From a virus (Duplodnaviria > Caudoviricetes), in the IMG/VR virus record IMGVR_UViG_3300015214_000031, positions 10,694 to 74,693 of that record: a stretch of 64,000 bases of DNA. One strand, written 5' to 3'. Below, piece by piece: positions 1 through 9,357 of the stretch; position 1 is the stretch's first letter; the number at the start of each line of letters is the position of its first letter. The position numbers were made by a program, and so were the translations under genes. The notes beneath the pieces were generated by a model. The model saw only the letters and a program-made list of their open reading frames with translations. It was not told the DNA's origin and ran no database searches.

Positions 1-2
1 TT

Positions 3-137
3 GATGATCCTGATTTTGATGATACCAATGATATTGATTTCTTAAAAAAGGAATATACAAATTCAAAAATATTAGGAGCACAAATGCTCAATGATTTGGA
101 AAAAGAGCTACAAAAATTAAGTGAAGAGGAATATTGA
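3..137 (+). CDS. 3' end of an acidic hypothetical protein (partial, runs off the window edge)
   Basis: Open frame DDPDFDDTNDIDFLKKEY...SEEEY-TGA. Its last codons contain the SD (GAGGA) for the next gene. Confidence 0.55.
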   Translation, partial: DDPDFDDTNDIDFLKKEYTNSKILGAQMLNDLEKELQKLSEEEY

Positions 138-138
138 A

Positions 139-330
139 ATGGGATACAAGACTAAAGAAGACAATATAAGGAAAATCATTGCCGATATTCCTGAACCTCT
201 TCATAGAAAGTTCAAGAATAAGGTAAAGAATCGTAACTTAACAATAAGGAGAGTTATTGAAAATTTAATTTATCAATATAACCAAGGAAAAATTACGCTT
301 GACAAAACATATGAAGACATGGTTGAATAG
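139..330 (+). CDS. Small ribbon-helix-helix-like DNA-binding protein
   Basis: ATG at 139 with SD GAGGA at 126-130 (the track uses GTG at 121). RKIIADIP-EPLHRKFKNKVKNRN-LTIRRVIENLIYQY fits the beta-alpha-alpha RHH pattern. Confidence 0.55.
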   Translation: MGYKTKEDNIRKIIADIPEPLHRKFKNKVKNRNLTIRRVIENLIYQYNQGKITLDKTYEDMVE

Positions 331-339
331 GAACCTTGA

Positions 340-1671
340 ATGGGGGTTAAACCAACAATCAAACTTCCACGATGGAAGGCTTATCTTTATGACCTGATGA
401 ATCGAATCAGGATTTACAGACAAATCAATAATCATAAAATATCTTTCGGATTAGATTCGGGAGATGGTAAGATCATTTGGGATCTTCTTATCCGATTTGG
501 GAAAGGAGGGATATTAAGAAAAACAAGGACATTCATTTTAAATGAATATGTAAAAACCTGTGAAGAAAACATTGCACGATTAACAAAAAAGGAGTATAAA
601 GTTGCAGTCAAGTTGTCAGTCATAAAAAAGTTAAGAGTAGAGGAGCTTATTATGGAAATAAAAGAACTAATCCCTTTTGCAGAAGAAGTGGGGATGAAAA
701 AGGGAGACATTAAAGCATGTGATACAGCAGAGGATTTGGTTAGAGAGATCGTAAGCAGGATTGATTACAATCGTGAATACAGTCCTGCTTTCGGTACTTT
801 CTATAACAATTTGGATGCTCAGAAATATTTTGTATCCAATAAAAGCAAGGAAGAAAAAACTAACACAAAAGAAGAGGAGAAAGAAATGAGCAAGGTGGAT
901 CTGGATGCATTGCGTGATGAAATTGAAGATGCCGATGACAGGGACGAACTTATTGAAATTCTGGACAATGAAGATTATGAAGATCTTTTTGAAGTAAAGA
1001 AATTGAAGAAGGAAAAGAAGTATAAGAAGCTAAAGGCTTTGATGCTTGAAGCTCTTGAAAGTGATGAAAGTGATGACAATGGTGACGAAGAGGAAGATGA
1101 TGGTAATGGAGATGAGAATGGTGAAGTAGAAGCAGCAATTGAAGAAATCAATGCTGCCGAGGATTTGGACGATTTGAAGGGAATACTCAAAGATGAAGAT
1201 TATGAAGATATTTTTGAGGATATTTCCGCAAGAGGCAAAATTAAGTTTGAAACTCTAAAGGCAAAAATGCTTGCTGCATGTGGTGTTGAATCTGAAGAGG
1301 ATGAAGAGGAATTGGAAGTAACTCCAAAGCTTATTAAGGAATTGGTGAAGGCAAAAGATACTGATAAGCTTATGGAGATTGCTAAGGGTCTTGATGTAAA
1401 GATTGGTAAGTTTCAGCAGAGATCACCAAAGAAGATCGGTGAAATTTTGATTGAAAAGCTCTCTGGTGCTGAAGAGAATGAAGAAGAGGTAAAGAAGCCT
1501 AAAAAGGAAAAGAAAGAGAAACCTGCTAAGAAAGAAAAGAAAAAGGATTCCTCTGATTCATTGTATTCCGCTCTTGAAGAAATGGTAGACGAAGACATGG
1601 ATGATAGTGATATCATTAAGAAGGTTAAAAAACTTCTCAAGGTCATTCATGCAGAAAAAGACGATGAATAG
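340..1671 (+). CDS. Highly acidic hypothetical protein with repeated small helical (HeH/Rho-N-like) domains; possible internal start at 886
   Basis: D/E-rich. Two similar units EI..A.D.D.L..IL..EDYED.FE......K....LKA.ML.A. In-frame ATG at 886 preceded by GAGGAG. Confidence 0.6.
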   Translation: MGVKPTIKLPRWKAYLYDLMNRIRIYRQINNHKISFGLDSGDGKIIWDLLIRFGKGGILRKTRTFILNEYVKTCEENIARLTKKEYKVAVKLSVIKKLRVEELIMEIKELIPFAEEVGMKKGDIKACDTAEDLVREIVSRIDYNREYSPAFGTFYNNLDAQKYFVSNKSKEEKTNTKEEEKEMSKVDLDALRDEIEDADDRDELIEILDNEDYEDLFEVKKLKKEKKYKKLKALMLEALESDESDDNGDEEEDDGNGDENGEVEAAIEEINAAEDLDDLKGILKDEDYEDIFEDISARGKIKFETLKAKMLAACGVESEEDEEELEVTPKLIKELVKAKDTDKLMEIAKGLDVKIGKFQQRSPKKIGEILIEKLSGAEENEEEVKKPKKEKKEKPAKKEKKKDSSDSLYSALEEMVDEDMDDSDIIKKVKKLLKVIHAEKDDE

Positions 1672-1693
1672 AATATGATTAACTACTAACTGT

Positions 1694-1727
1694 ATACACC
1701 CCTTTGGAGAAATCTGAAGGGGTGTAT
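1694..1727 (+). terminator. Long stem-loop (GAAA tetraloop) upstream of the polymerase gene; weak terminator or processing signal
   Basis: ATACACCCCTT(1694-1704)/AAGGGGTGTAT(1717-1727), extended by G-U/G-C/A-U pairs to a GAAA loop. Only a short U-tract (CTTTAT) follows. Confidence 0.5.
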
Positions 1728-1747
1728 CTTTATGAAAGGAGAATTAT

Positions 1748-4402
1748 GTGTTTTATTTTCCAGAAGAAAACAAGAGTGAGGAAAAACCAAAAAAGAATAT
1801 AAAAGAATATAATTGTCAGACCTGTGGATTATATAAAAAAGCCCATACACCTAAAATGCAAGTTACCATTGGAAAAGATTACAATGGGTTGGTTATTGTT
1901 TCTGATTATCCAGGAAAAAATGAAGATGAAAAAGGAATACCATTCGTAGGTAAATCAGGAAACCTCCTACGAACAATTGCATTAAAAAACAAAATCAATC
2001 TTGCTAAGAAATCAGCCGTTACTTATGCACTATCCTGTAAACCAGACAGTAAGAAGCCTTCTGAGACATTATTCAAATGTTGTAAATCTTTACTTCATAA
2101 AAGAATAAAACAACTAAAACCCAAACTGATTATTTGTTTAGGTGAACACGCCGCCAATGCAATTATTCGATCAAGAAAAAAACAGGCAATATCAAAACTC
2201 AGAGGGAGATTGATTCCTAACTATGAGTTTGATTGCCTTGTATATATTTCCTTCAGTCCTTCTGAATTATTTTATAAAGATTCAGAGGATAGATTTGATA
2301 AAACCTTGGAAACAAGTTTCCGATGGGATATGGAAAAAATCTTCAAACTTTGGAATACAAAACTTTACAAAAGAAAGGTAGTAAAGAAAACCCTTGAGAA
2401 AAGAAAAATACTAGAAGGAATTCAATTAAAGGAAATAAAAACAAAATCAGAACTGGATAAGGTTATTGAAGAACTATATAAGAATGGATCATTTGCTTTT
2501 GACTATGAAACAACTAATTTAAAACCATATGATGATGACTTTCAAATCTACTCTTGTCAATTTGGAATAAAAGATAAAGCATGGGGGGTATACTTTCCAC
2601 ATTTTAAAGATATCCAATATTTAAAATCAACTATCTACAGGATATTAAGTGACCCTGAAATCAAAAAGTATATCCAGCATGACAAATTTGAAGAAGTTTG
2701 TTCCAGAAGATTATTAGAAAAACCAGGAGAAAGAATACTCCAAAATTCATTCTGTACTATGGTTGCTAATCATATTGTTGAAGCAAAACAAAAATGCTCC
2801 AACTTGAATTTCATGAACTTGGTAAGATTTGGAATTCCTGAGTATGATGAAAAAACACATAACTTTTTAAAACCAAAATCTAAAACGGATAAAGTAAATA
2901 GAATTCATTTGGTAAAACCTGATGATTTGCTTCTTTATGGGAACCTTGATGTAATAACAACTTATAACCAAGGAATTGTTTTAGATAATAATCTTCTTAA
3001 TGAAGGAAAATACAGATGGTGTTATGAATTAGTTCATGATGCCCATTTGAATTTTGCAGATGTTGAAGAAGAGGGATTTCCAGTTAATAAAAAGAAACTA
3101 GATGAATTAGATAAATACATAACTGATTTGATGGACGATCTTATTGAACAAATAGGCAAAATTCCAGAAGTAAGAAGATTTTTAAAGAAAATAGTTAAGG
3201 AGGGCTTCAAAGAAAAGAAAGATGGTCAGGGAGGGTTACTTGGATCATTTTTAAGAAGTCCTAAAGAACTCCAAAAATTTCTTTATGAAGAATTAAAACT
3301 TACTCCTATAAAACAGACTAAAACAGGAAACTCAACCGATCAGGATGTAATTACAGAACATGCAGAAAAAGATAGTGTTTTATTCTGTAAATTACTTGCT
3401 AATCACAGAAAACTTTTTAAGGCAAAAAGCTCATACATTGATAATATAAGAAAAAATTTGAATGATGATGGAAAAGTTCACGGGTCAATAATGGTATTAA
3501 ATGAGACGTTTAGAAGCTCAATTGCAGATCCTCCATTACAAACAGTGCCCAAGCATGGAAGTATTATTGAAAATGTTCCCTGGAAAATCATTAGGGAAAT
3601 ATTTGAATTAGAGGATACTGAATATCTTCTTGGTCAAGTTGATATGTCAGGATGGGAATTGACTGTAGGAGCAGCAGTATCGGGAGATAAGGCTTTCATC
3701 GAAGATGTAAACAATATTGATATCCATGCTTATTGGGCAAAAAGATTATTTGGATTTGATAAAACACTTGAAGAAATAAAGAAACTTTATAAACCATATA
3801 GGCAAATATCTAAAAATGTTTTTGTATTTGCTGGAATGTATGGAGCAATATTTACAAGTATTGCAAGAGACATGAGAACATATGAAGAATATCTTGAATA
3901 TTGTAAAAAGATTTACAGAAAATCAAAAACAAATATGGAATTTATGGATTGGGTTATTCCTTTTTCAGAAAATCATGTTGAAAATTGTCAGAAAGATTTC
4001 TATGGAAAGTATAAAAGACTTCGTGAATGGCAGGATGAAGAAGTTACTCTTTATTATCAAAATAAATATGTAGAACTTCCGATGGGATTTAGAAGACATT
4101 ATCCATTAACAAGAAACGAAATAATTAATACTCCTATTCAGGGAACTAGCTTTTTGATTATTCTTGATTCATTCAATAAAGTCATGACTGAACTTAAAAA
4201 ACGTAAAATGAAATCAAAAGTTATTTTGGAAACACATGATGATATGACATTCAAAGTCTATAAACCTGAAACTTTGGATTTAATTGAAATGGTAGATAAT
4301 ATAATCTTGCACCCACCGTTTGATTTTATGAAGGATTTGAATGTAAAATCAGAGTGGACATTTGGAAGATCATTAAACAAAATGAAAGAAGTTCAATTTT
4401 AA
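1748..4402 (+). CDS. polA: Family A DNA polymerase with N-terminal uracil-DNA-glycosylase-like domain and 3'-5' exonuclease (SPO1 gp31-like architecture)
   Basis: GTG start with SD GAAAGGAG. UDG family-4-like CQTC...DYPGKNEDEKGIPFVGKSGNLL. Exo I FDYETT, Exo III YGNLD. Polymerase motifs RSSIADPPLQTVP, A (QVDMSGWEL), B (RQISKNVFVFAGMYG), C (ETHDD). Confidence 0.93.
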   Translation: MFYFPEENKSEEKPKKNIKEYNCQTCGLYKKAHTPKMQVTIGKDYNGLVIVSDYPGKNEDEKGIPFVGKSGNLLRTIALKNKINLAKKSAVTYALSCKPDSKKPSETLFKCCKSLLHKRIKQLKPKLIICLGEHAANAIIRSRKKQAISKLRGRLIPNYEFDCLVYISFSPSELFYKDSEDRFDKTLETSFRWDMEKIFKLWNTKLYKRKVVKKTLEKRKILEGIQLKEIKTKSELDKVIEELYKNGSFAFDYETTNLKPYDDDFQIYSCQFGIKDKAWGVYFPHFKDIQYLKSTIYRILSDPEIKKYIQHDKFEEVCSRRLLEKPGERILQNSFCTMVANHIVEAKQKCSNLNFMNLVRFGIPEYDEKTHNFLKPKSKTDKVNRIHLVKPDDLLLYGNLDVITTYNQGIVLDNNLLNEGKYRWCYELVHDAHLNFADVEEEGFPVNKKKLDELDKYITDLMDDLIEQIGKIPEVRRFLKKIVKEGFKEKKDGQGGLLGSFLRSPKELQKFLYEELKLTPIKQTKTGNSTDQDVITEHAEKDSVLFCKLLANHRKLFKAKSSYIDNIRKNLNDDGKVHGSIMVLNETFRSSIADPPLQTVPKHGSIIENVPWKIIREIFELEDTEYLLGQVDMSGWELTVGAAVSGDKAFIEDVNNIDIHAYWAKRLFGFDKTLEEIKKLYKPYRQISKNVFVFAGMYGAIFTSIARDMRTYEEYLEYCKKIYRKSKTNMEFMDWVIPFSENHVENCQKDFYGKYKRLREWQDEEVTLYYQNKYVELPMGFRRHYPLTRNEIINTPIQGTSFLIILDSFNKVMTELKKRKMKSKVILETHDDMTFKVYKPETLDLIEMVDNIILHPPFDFMKDLNVKSEWTFGRSLNKMKEVQF

Positions 4403-4415
4403 AGGAGGAATTATT

Positions 4416-4628
4416 ATGGTATTGGTAAATGATAGAGCAAAAAGAGAATATATGGAAGCTATTCAGTCTACATTAAATAAAATTTATGAAAGAGGGGGAA
4501 TGAAAACCAGAATCAAAATAAATGAAGAGAATGGTTTAACTATTGATACAAATCCAGAGGAAAAAGATGAAGCTATTCCAATCATGTTTAAAGTCATGGA
4601 AGAATTTGGATTGAAAGCAAATGGATGA
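4416..4628 (+). CDS. Hypothetical protein
   Basis: SD GGAGG upstream; overlaps the next start. Confidence 0.6.
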   Translation: MVLVNDRAKREYMEAIQSTLNKIYERGGMKTRIKINEENGLTIDTNPEEKDEAIPIMFKVMEEFGLKANG

Positions 4629-5043
4629 AAAAATATTTGTATTTAAAATTCAAGGGAAAGAATATGCCATTTTAGAAATGACCAACGAGGTTTCCATACA
4701 AATACTATCTCTTATAGAGGAAATAAAAAAATCTACAAGTTCTTTAGATGTTTATCTGAAATCGTTGGAAATAATTAAAATGGTTGTATTAAAAATTGAA
4801 AAGGATAATCTTCCACCAAGTTTTTCAATGTTTTCAAATAAAAATATACTTTTAAATATTAATGAACAAGAGCTATTAAAGTGGAGTTCTAAATTAACTA
4901 TCAAAACTGTTCAAATGATTGTTCAACTTGCTTTAGGAAATGAGTTAGAGGAAAACAAAGAATTGGATCTGCTAATATTAGATAAAGAAAGTGATTTCAA
5001 AAGAGATAAAGAAAGTGATTTCAAAAGAAGGTTACTAATATGA
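4621..5043 (+). CDS. Hypothetical protein ending KRRLLI
   Basis: 140-aa ORF; ATGA overlap with the next gene. Confidence 0.6.
   Translation: MDEKIFVFKIQGKEYAILEMTNEVSIQILSLIEEIKKSTSSLDVYLKSLEIIKMVVLKIEKDNLPPSFSMFSNKNILLNINEQELLKWSSKLTIKTVQMIVQLALGNELEENKELDLLILDKESDFKRDKESDFKRRLLI
4981..5028 (+). repeat. Exact 24-bp tandem duplication (DKESDFKR x2)
   Basis: GATAAAGAAAGTGATTTCAAAAGA at 4981-5004 and 5005-5028. Confidence 0.95.
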
Positions 5044-5471
5044 TAGAAGTGATGTTAAGTGAAAATGGGATACATTTTGATTTAATTGGAATTACTAATG
5101 GATATGAAATGAAGTATGAATACCCACAATCTTATTGCACAATTTTTAGTTATGCACCAAAACAATTAATCTTTTGCCTTTATATTTCAAATAATCTTTA
5201 TATAGCAATAAAAGATAAATTGCTTAATTGTTATAATAAGATTATACAACTTAAATTTAGAAGTAATTACTATGAAGGTTTTATTAAAATAATTACAATG
5301 GAAGTACATAATGAAGTCTTTTATTGTGACTGTATTTTAGACAATGCTAAAGAAATTGATAATAAAGATTCTGAGTTATATTTTGGAAATGTAACAGATT
5401 TCAAAATGGACACAAAGAAAGAGAAACCAAAAAAGGAGGAAAAAGTATACAAAAAAAGATTGCTAATATAA
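5040..5471 (+). CDS. Hypothetical protein ending KKRLLI
   Basis: 143-aa ORF coupled to the previous gene. Confidence 0.6.
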   Translation: MIEVMLSENGIHFDLIGITNGYEMKYEYPQSYCTIFSYAPKQLIFCLYISNNLYIAIKDKLLNCYNKIIQLKFRSNYYEGFIKIITMEVHNEVFYCDCILDNAKEIDNKDSELYFGNVTDFKMDTKKEKPKKEEKVYKKRLLI

Positions 5472-5478
5472 TTTTTGC

Positions 5479-5507
5479 TTGACTGACGTAAAGATTTGTA
5501 CTAACAT
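5479..5507 (+). promoter_or_regulatory. Sigma70-like promoter for the AAA ATPase operon
   Basis: TTGACT-N17-TAACAT in the intergenic gap, upstream of SD GAAAGGAG and ATG 5552. Confidence 0.5.
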
Positions 5508-5551
5508 CATACCTAACACAACAAAACCCAACGAATGAAAGGAGAAAAGCA

Positions 5552-6508
5552 ATGGATGTTACAAAGTATCTACGAGCAGGATATCCAATTATCCTCATTG
5601 AAACAATGGAAGTCAAAAGAGCAGTACAGTCTATCATTACATCACCATTCACTATCAATAATAATGGAGAACAAGTAGAAATCAATCCTAAGCTCTACAA
5701 ATGGAATATCTATGATGGTATCTATGGAGAGGAAAACTTTCCTGATATACAAGAACCATTGGGAGCAATTCAAAAAGCTGTTGAGGATTTCAATATCTCT
5801 GTTCTTGTTCTTGAAAACTTTGATTACTTCATTCAACCTGAAAATGAGCTTGCTTTCCCAATATCACAAAGAATCCTTAATGATTTTCAAAAACTGAAAT
5901 CCAATAATGTTTTGCTTTGTATTGTAGGTACAGATCATAAATGTTTGTCCTGCTTGGATAAAGTAATTACAGTATTGGATTTTGATCTTCCTAAAAAGGA
6001 AGAGTTCAGGCAAAAAGCAAAGGAGATGGCAGAGGAAAGAAGTATTGATTACAAAGAGGATACTGCTGATGCTTGTTCTGGATTGGGATTAGAAGAAGGT
6101 GAAAATGCTCTAGCTCTTTCCATTATTGAAAATGATGGTGTAATGGATAAAAGCACTGTAATGAGAATGAAAAGAGAAATGATTAGAAAAACAGGCTTTA
6201 TGGATTTTATGCAACCTGAACCACTGGAAAATATAGGAGGACTTGAAAACGCCATTGAATATATTAATCTAAGAAAAATGGCATGGTCTACACCAGGATT
6301 TCCAAAATTGAATTCTGTATTCCTTATCGGAGTAACAGGATGCGGTAAAACTTTATTTTCCAAAGTCCTCTCTTCCATATTTGATTTTCAATTAATTCTT
6401 TGGGATGTAAACGGATGCAAGGGATCACTTGTAGGTGAAACAGAGAAAAATATGAGGGTATCTACAAAGACAATTGATGCATTTGGTCCATGTATAATTC
6501 TCGTGGAT
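5552..6508 (+). CDS. Ycf46/SpoVK-like AAA+ ATPase, exon 1 (spliced product about 502 aa)
   Basis: N-terminal YLRAGYPIILIET typical of Ycf46-like ATPases. Walker A GVTGCGKT. Ends in the first half of Walker B (CIILVD), where the intron begins. Confidence 0.85.
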
Positions 6509-6818
6509 TAAGATAAAACTTTGTTCACGTTAAACTCTTCTAATTGCTGGAAACTCCTTAGAGCCTGATAAACTACAACATAATCTGAAAAGATAATTGT
6601 GAATGTATAAAAATTATCAGGATTGGACAATCAGCAGCCAAGCACCTAAGATCATTTGATTATGGTGAAGGTTCAGAGATCATCCCAAAAGGGAGTAGAC
6701 TTCAAGTGAAGTCGAAATGGAGAGCAATTGAATACATTGTATTCAATTGAAGATATGATCCGATCTTACTAGAAATAGTAAGAGGAATAACGGAAACGGT
6801 TATTCCGTAACATAGATG
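6509..6818 (+). ncRNA. Group I self-splicing intron (IA-like, no ORF), 310 nt
   Basis: P1 CGUGGAU/GUUCACG with the U.G pair at the 5' splice site. P/Q/R/S elements AATTGCTGGAAAC, AATCAGCAGC, GTTCAGAGATCA, AAGATATGATCC. P3 CTCTTC/GGAGAG. P7 GATCA/TGATC. P9 TCTTACTA-GAAA-TAGTAAGA. Terminal G at 6818. Removal restores LVD|EIEK in frame. Confidence 0.92.
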
Positions 6819-7370
6819 GAAATTGAAAAAATATTTTCTGGTGCTTCTGGAAATGTTCAAGATACAAGTGGGGTAAGTCAGGGAATTCTTGCTCATTGGT
6901 TAACTTGGATGAACGAAACTGAAGGAAAAACGGATAGAATCATTGTAGTAACTGCTAACAGTCTCACTGGAATACCTCCTGAGTTTATTGGAAGATTCGA
7001 TACTGTTTTCTTTGTTGGATTTCCCAATAACCAAGAAAAAAAGCAGATCATTGAAATTATGAATAAACGATATGGGAGTACACTACCCACAAACAATGAA
7101 TTTGTAAATAGCTTGGATAGATGGACCGGAAGAGAGATTGAAAGATTGGCTAGGGAATCTCTTTTTTATAAAATAGAGGATGCAATCAAATATATTCCTC
7201 TTGTAAAAAATACAAAAGAAAAAGAAATTAGAGAAATGGAGAAATTTGCTACTCAAGTAAGACATGCAAGTAAACCAGATGAAAAAAAGGAGGGAAAAAG
7301 GTCAATATTAACTGATTCAGATAAAGAGAAATTCAAGCAAAAACTCAAGATTAAAAAGAAGGAGGATTAA
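6819..7370 (+). CDS. AAA+ ATPase, exon 2
   Basis: Begins EIEK (second half of Walker B). VVTANSLTGIPPEFIGRFD (sensor I/arginine finger); WTGREIE. Confidence 0.85.
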   Translation, partial: EIEKIFSGASGNVQDTSGVSQGILAHWLTWMNETEGKTDRIIVVTANSLTGIPPEFIGRFDTVFFVGFPNNQEKKQIIEIMNKRYGSTLPTNNEFVNSLDRWTGREIERLARESLFYKIEDAIKYIPLVKNTKEKEIREMEKFATQVRHASKPDEKKEGKRSILTDSDKEKFKQKLKIKKKED

Positions 7371-7371
7371 A

Positions 7372-7770
7372 ATGGGATTCACAGAATTTGTACCGCCGGA
7401 AAGATTTACCACAGATCCAAAAGTTTTGATTTCAAAGCAGGGAAAAATAACTTTCAATTCTGCATCCGTAAAGAAATGGGATTTGGATAAATACAACTTT
7501 GTAAAACTTTATTTTGATAAGGAAACAGGAAATCTTGGTTTCAAGTTTTATAAAGCAAACAAAGATGAAGGAGATAAAGGAATAGTTAATTTGAATAAAA
7601 GTAATGGTGTTTATGTATATTCTAAAACATTTCTAGATGCAGCAGGAATTAGTTACAATACAAGATCAGAAATGGATTTTGAATACGACAAGAAACATGA
7701 TATGTTCATTGCTAAAAGAGAACAGAAAAAGCAAAAGAAAATAAAAATCAAGCTAAAGAAGGGAGAATAA
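7372..7770 (+). CDS. Hypothetical beta-rich protein with basic C-terminal tail
   Basis: Starts 1 nt after the ATPase stop with SD GGAGG. Confidence 0.6.
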   Translation: MGFTEFVPPERFTTDPKVLISKQGKITFNSASVKKWDLDKYNFVKLYFDKETGNLGFKFYKANKDEGDKGIVNLNKSNGVYVYSKTFLDAAGISYNTRSEMDFEYDKKHDMFIAKREQKKQKKIKIKLKKGE

Positions 7771-7774
7771 ATTA

Positions 7775-8200
7775 ATGTCCCATATAGTTGAAATGGATAT
7801 TGAGATTAAAGATTTAGAGTGTTTGAAGACTGCTTGTGATGAGCTTGGATTTACCTTCATTGAAGGACAAACAGAATATAAGTGGTTCGGTCAGTGGGTG
7901 GGTGATTCTCCAATGCCTGATGGATTAACTGTTGAAGATTTAGGAAAATGTGACCATGCTATTCAAATACCGGGGTGTGATTATGAAGTTGGAGTGGTTA
8001 AAAAGAAAAAAGGAGTTTATACACTTCAATACGATTATTGGAACTCAGGAGGATTGGAAAAGAAAATAGGAACCAATGCAGGACCAATTAAACAAGAATA
8101 TGCAGCACAGGTAGCAATTAAAGAGGCAAAAAGAAAAGGATATTTAGTGAATAAAACAAAAGATAAAAACAAAATAAAAATAAGGATTACTGTGCCATAA
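7775..8200 (+). CDS. DUF1257/Ycf35-like protein
   Basis: MSHIVEMDIEIKDLECLKTACDELG...YD.W......G......QEYA.....EAKRKGY pattern; lies downstream of a Ycf46-like ATPase. Confidence 0.7.
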   Translation: MSHIVEMDIEIKDLECLKTACDELGFTFIEGQTEYKWFGQWVGDSPMPDGLTVEDLGKCDHAIQIPGCDYEVGVVKKKKGVYTLQYDYWNSGGLEKKIGTNAGPIKQEYAAQVAIKEAKRKGYLVNKTKDKNKIKIRITVP

Positions 8201-8379
8201 TGACAACCAAAGAAATCATAGAGGAACGAATTAATGAAACAAAGGACACGATCTCCAACTTTGAGAAACTAATGGAAAAATACCCAAATGATTTTGTATT
8301 TCAAGAATTACTAAATAGATTAAAACAAACATTGATTCTTTTAGAAATGGAAAAGGAAAAGTATGACAAAAATAATTGA
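8200..8379 (+). CDS. Small helical hypothetical protein (59 aa, below the track cutoff)
   Basis: MTTKEIIEERINETKDTISNFEKLMEKYPNDFVFQELLNRLKQTLILLEMEKEKYDKNN; overlaps both neighbours. Confidence 0.6.
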   Translation: MTTKEIIEERINETKDTISNFEKLMEKYPNDFVFQELLNRLKQTLILLEMEKEKYDKNN

Positions 8380-8566
8380 TGTGATAATTGATGAAAATGG
8401 GGAAGTAAAAATTGAAACCGATGGATTTACTGGAAAATCATGTATTGAAGAAAGTCAATTCATAAAAGACGTAATGGGAGTAGAAAAAGCAAGGCATTTG
8501 AAACCTGTATATTTTTCTACTGAAAAAAATAAAACAAAAAAGAAACACCTTAATATTTGTGGGTAA
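8363..8566 (+). CDS. DUF2997-like protein
   Basis: IDVIIDENGEVKIETDGFTGKSC...KPVYF pattern, co-occurring with DUF1257-like and Ycf46-like genes. Confidence 0.75.
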   Translation: MTKIIDVIIDENGEVKIETDGFTGKSCIEESQFIKDVMGVEKARHLKPVYFSTEKNKTKKKHLNICG

Positions 8567-8578
8567 GGAGTTTCAAAA

Positions 8579-9337
8579 ATGGTAGAATGGAAAGAGAGAA
8601 GAGTAGGGGATTTAGAGGGGATTACAAAACATGAAGTACCAATAGAAGAAAAAATTAAGGAGGAAACAGCTAAACAAGCAAGAATTGAAGAATTTGGTGT
8701 TCGTCACTATATCCCTAAAAATGGGAAGGTTAAATATGAACCTACCAAAATAAGAAGTGGAAAACCAAGGAGGTTAAAATTGGATGAACAATTTGATTAC
8801 ATTGTAAGTAAAATAAATGATAAAGAAATTCAAAATGAATATGGAACATTTTTAACACAAGAAAAAAAGAAACTAGCAAAAATGTGGAGGTTATTTAAAA
8901 CGCTTCCAGGTGAGTTTGTTGATTTTACAGCTATACCAGATGAAATCAATAAATCCAAAGCAGGGAAACAAAGATATTTAAAAATGCTCCAACAAGCAGA
9001 GTTAATAAAATCATACCCTACTGCATTAGGTGATATAGTCTATGCTAAGAATACTGAACTGAAAACAGATGAAGATATTGCTTACATCCTTATTTTGAAC
9101 AACAAGCAAATAAAAGGATGGGGAATGAAAGGAGAAGATAAAATAATGAGTGAAGAAGAAAAGAAACCACAAAGTATCACAAAAGAAATTGCTGATGATC
9201 TTAGAACATATGATGAAGTTAAACAAAACTTTGATGTTTTTGATGAAATGAGAAAAGCATGGGAAGAAAGTAAAAATCAAAGAATAGGAATTTCCTTGAA
9301 GGATTTTATCAGAATGTATGCTATACTAAAACTGTAG
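8579..9337 (+). CDS. Hypothetical protein, possible winged-helix segment
   Basis: 252-aa ORF with SD AAGGAG. The segment ...KAGKQRYLKMLQQAELIKSYP resembles the helix-wing of wHTH proteins. Confidence 0.45.
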   Translation: MVEWKERRVGDLEGITKHEVPIEEKIKEETAKQARIEEFGVRHYIPKNGKVKYEPTKIRSGKPRRLKLDEQFDYIVSKINDKEIQNEYGTFLTQEKKKLAKMWRLFKTLPGEFVDFTAIPDEINKSKAGKQRYLKMLQQAELIKSYPTALGDIVYAKNTELKTDEDIAYILILNNKQIKGWGMKGEDKIMSEEEKKPQSITKEIADDLRTYDEVKQNFDVFDEMRKAWEESKNQRIGISLKDFIRMYAILKL

Positions 9338-9357
9338 CTAACTACTAACAGGGACTT

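Noticed and set aside
1748-4402. DpoZ / 2-aminoadenine DNA system
   Set aside because: No PurZ/PurA or DatZ-like gene is in the window, and the polymerase has the UDG-fusion architecture instead.
6816-7370. Independent 184-aa gene starting at ATG 6816, or a pseudogenised/split ATPase
   Set aside because: The G of that ATG is the intron's terminal G; splicing restores the DE of Walker B. An M between D and E would break the motif.
1684-9349. TACTAAC as a spliceosomal branch point
   Set aside because: The context is a bacterial-type phage with SD-led, intron-free flanking genes; the match to the yeast motif is coincidental.
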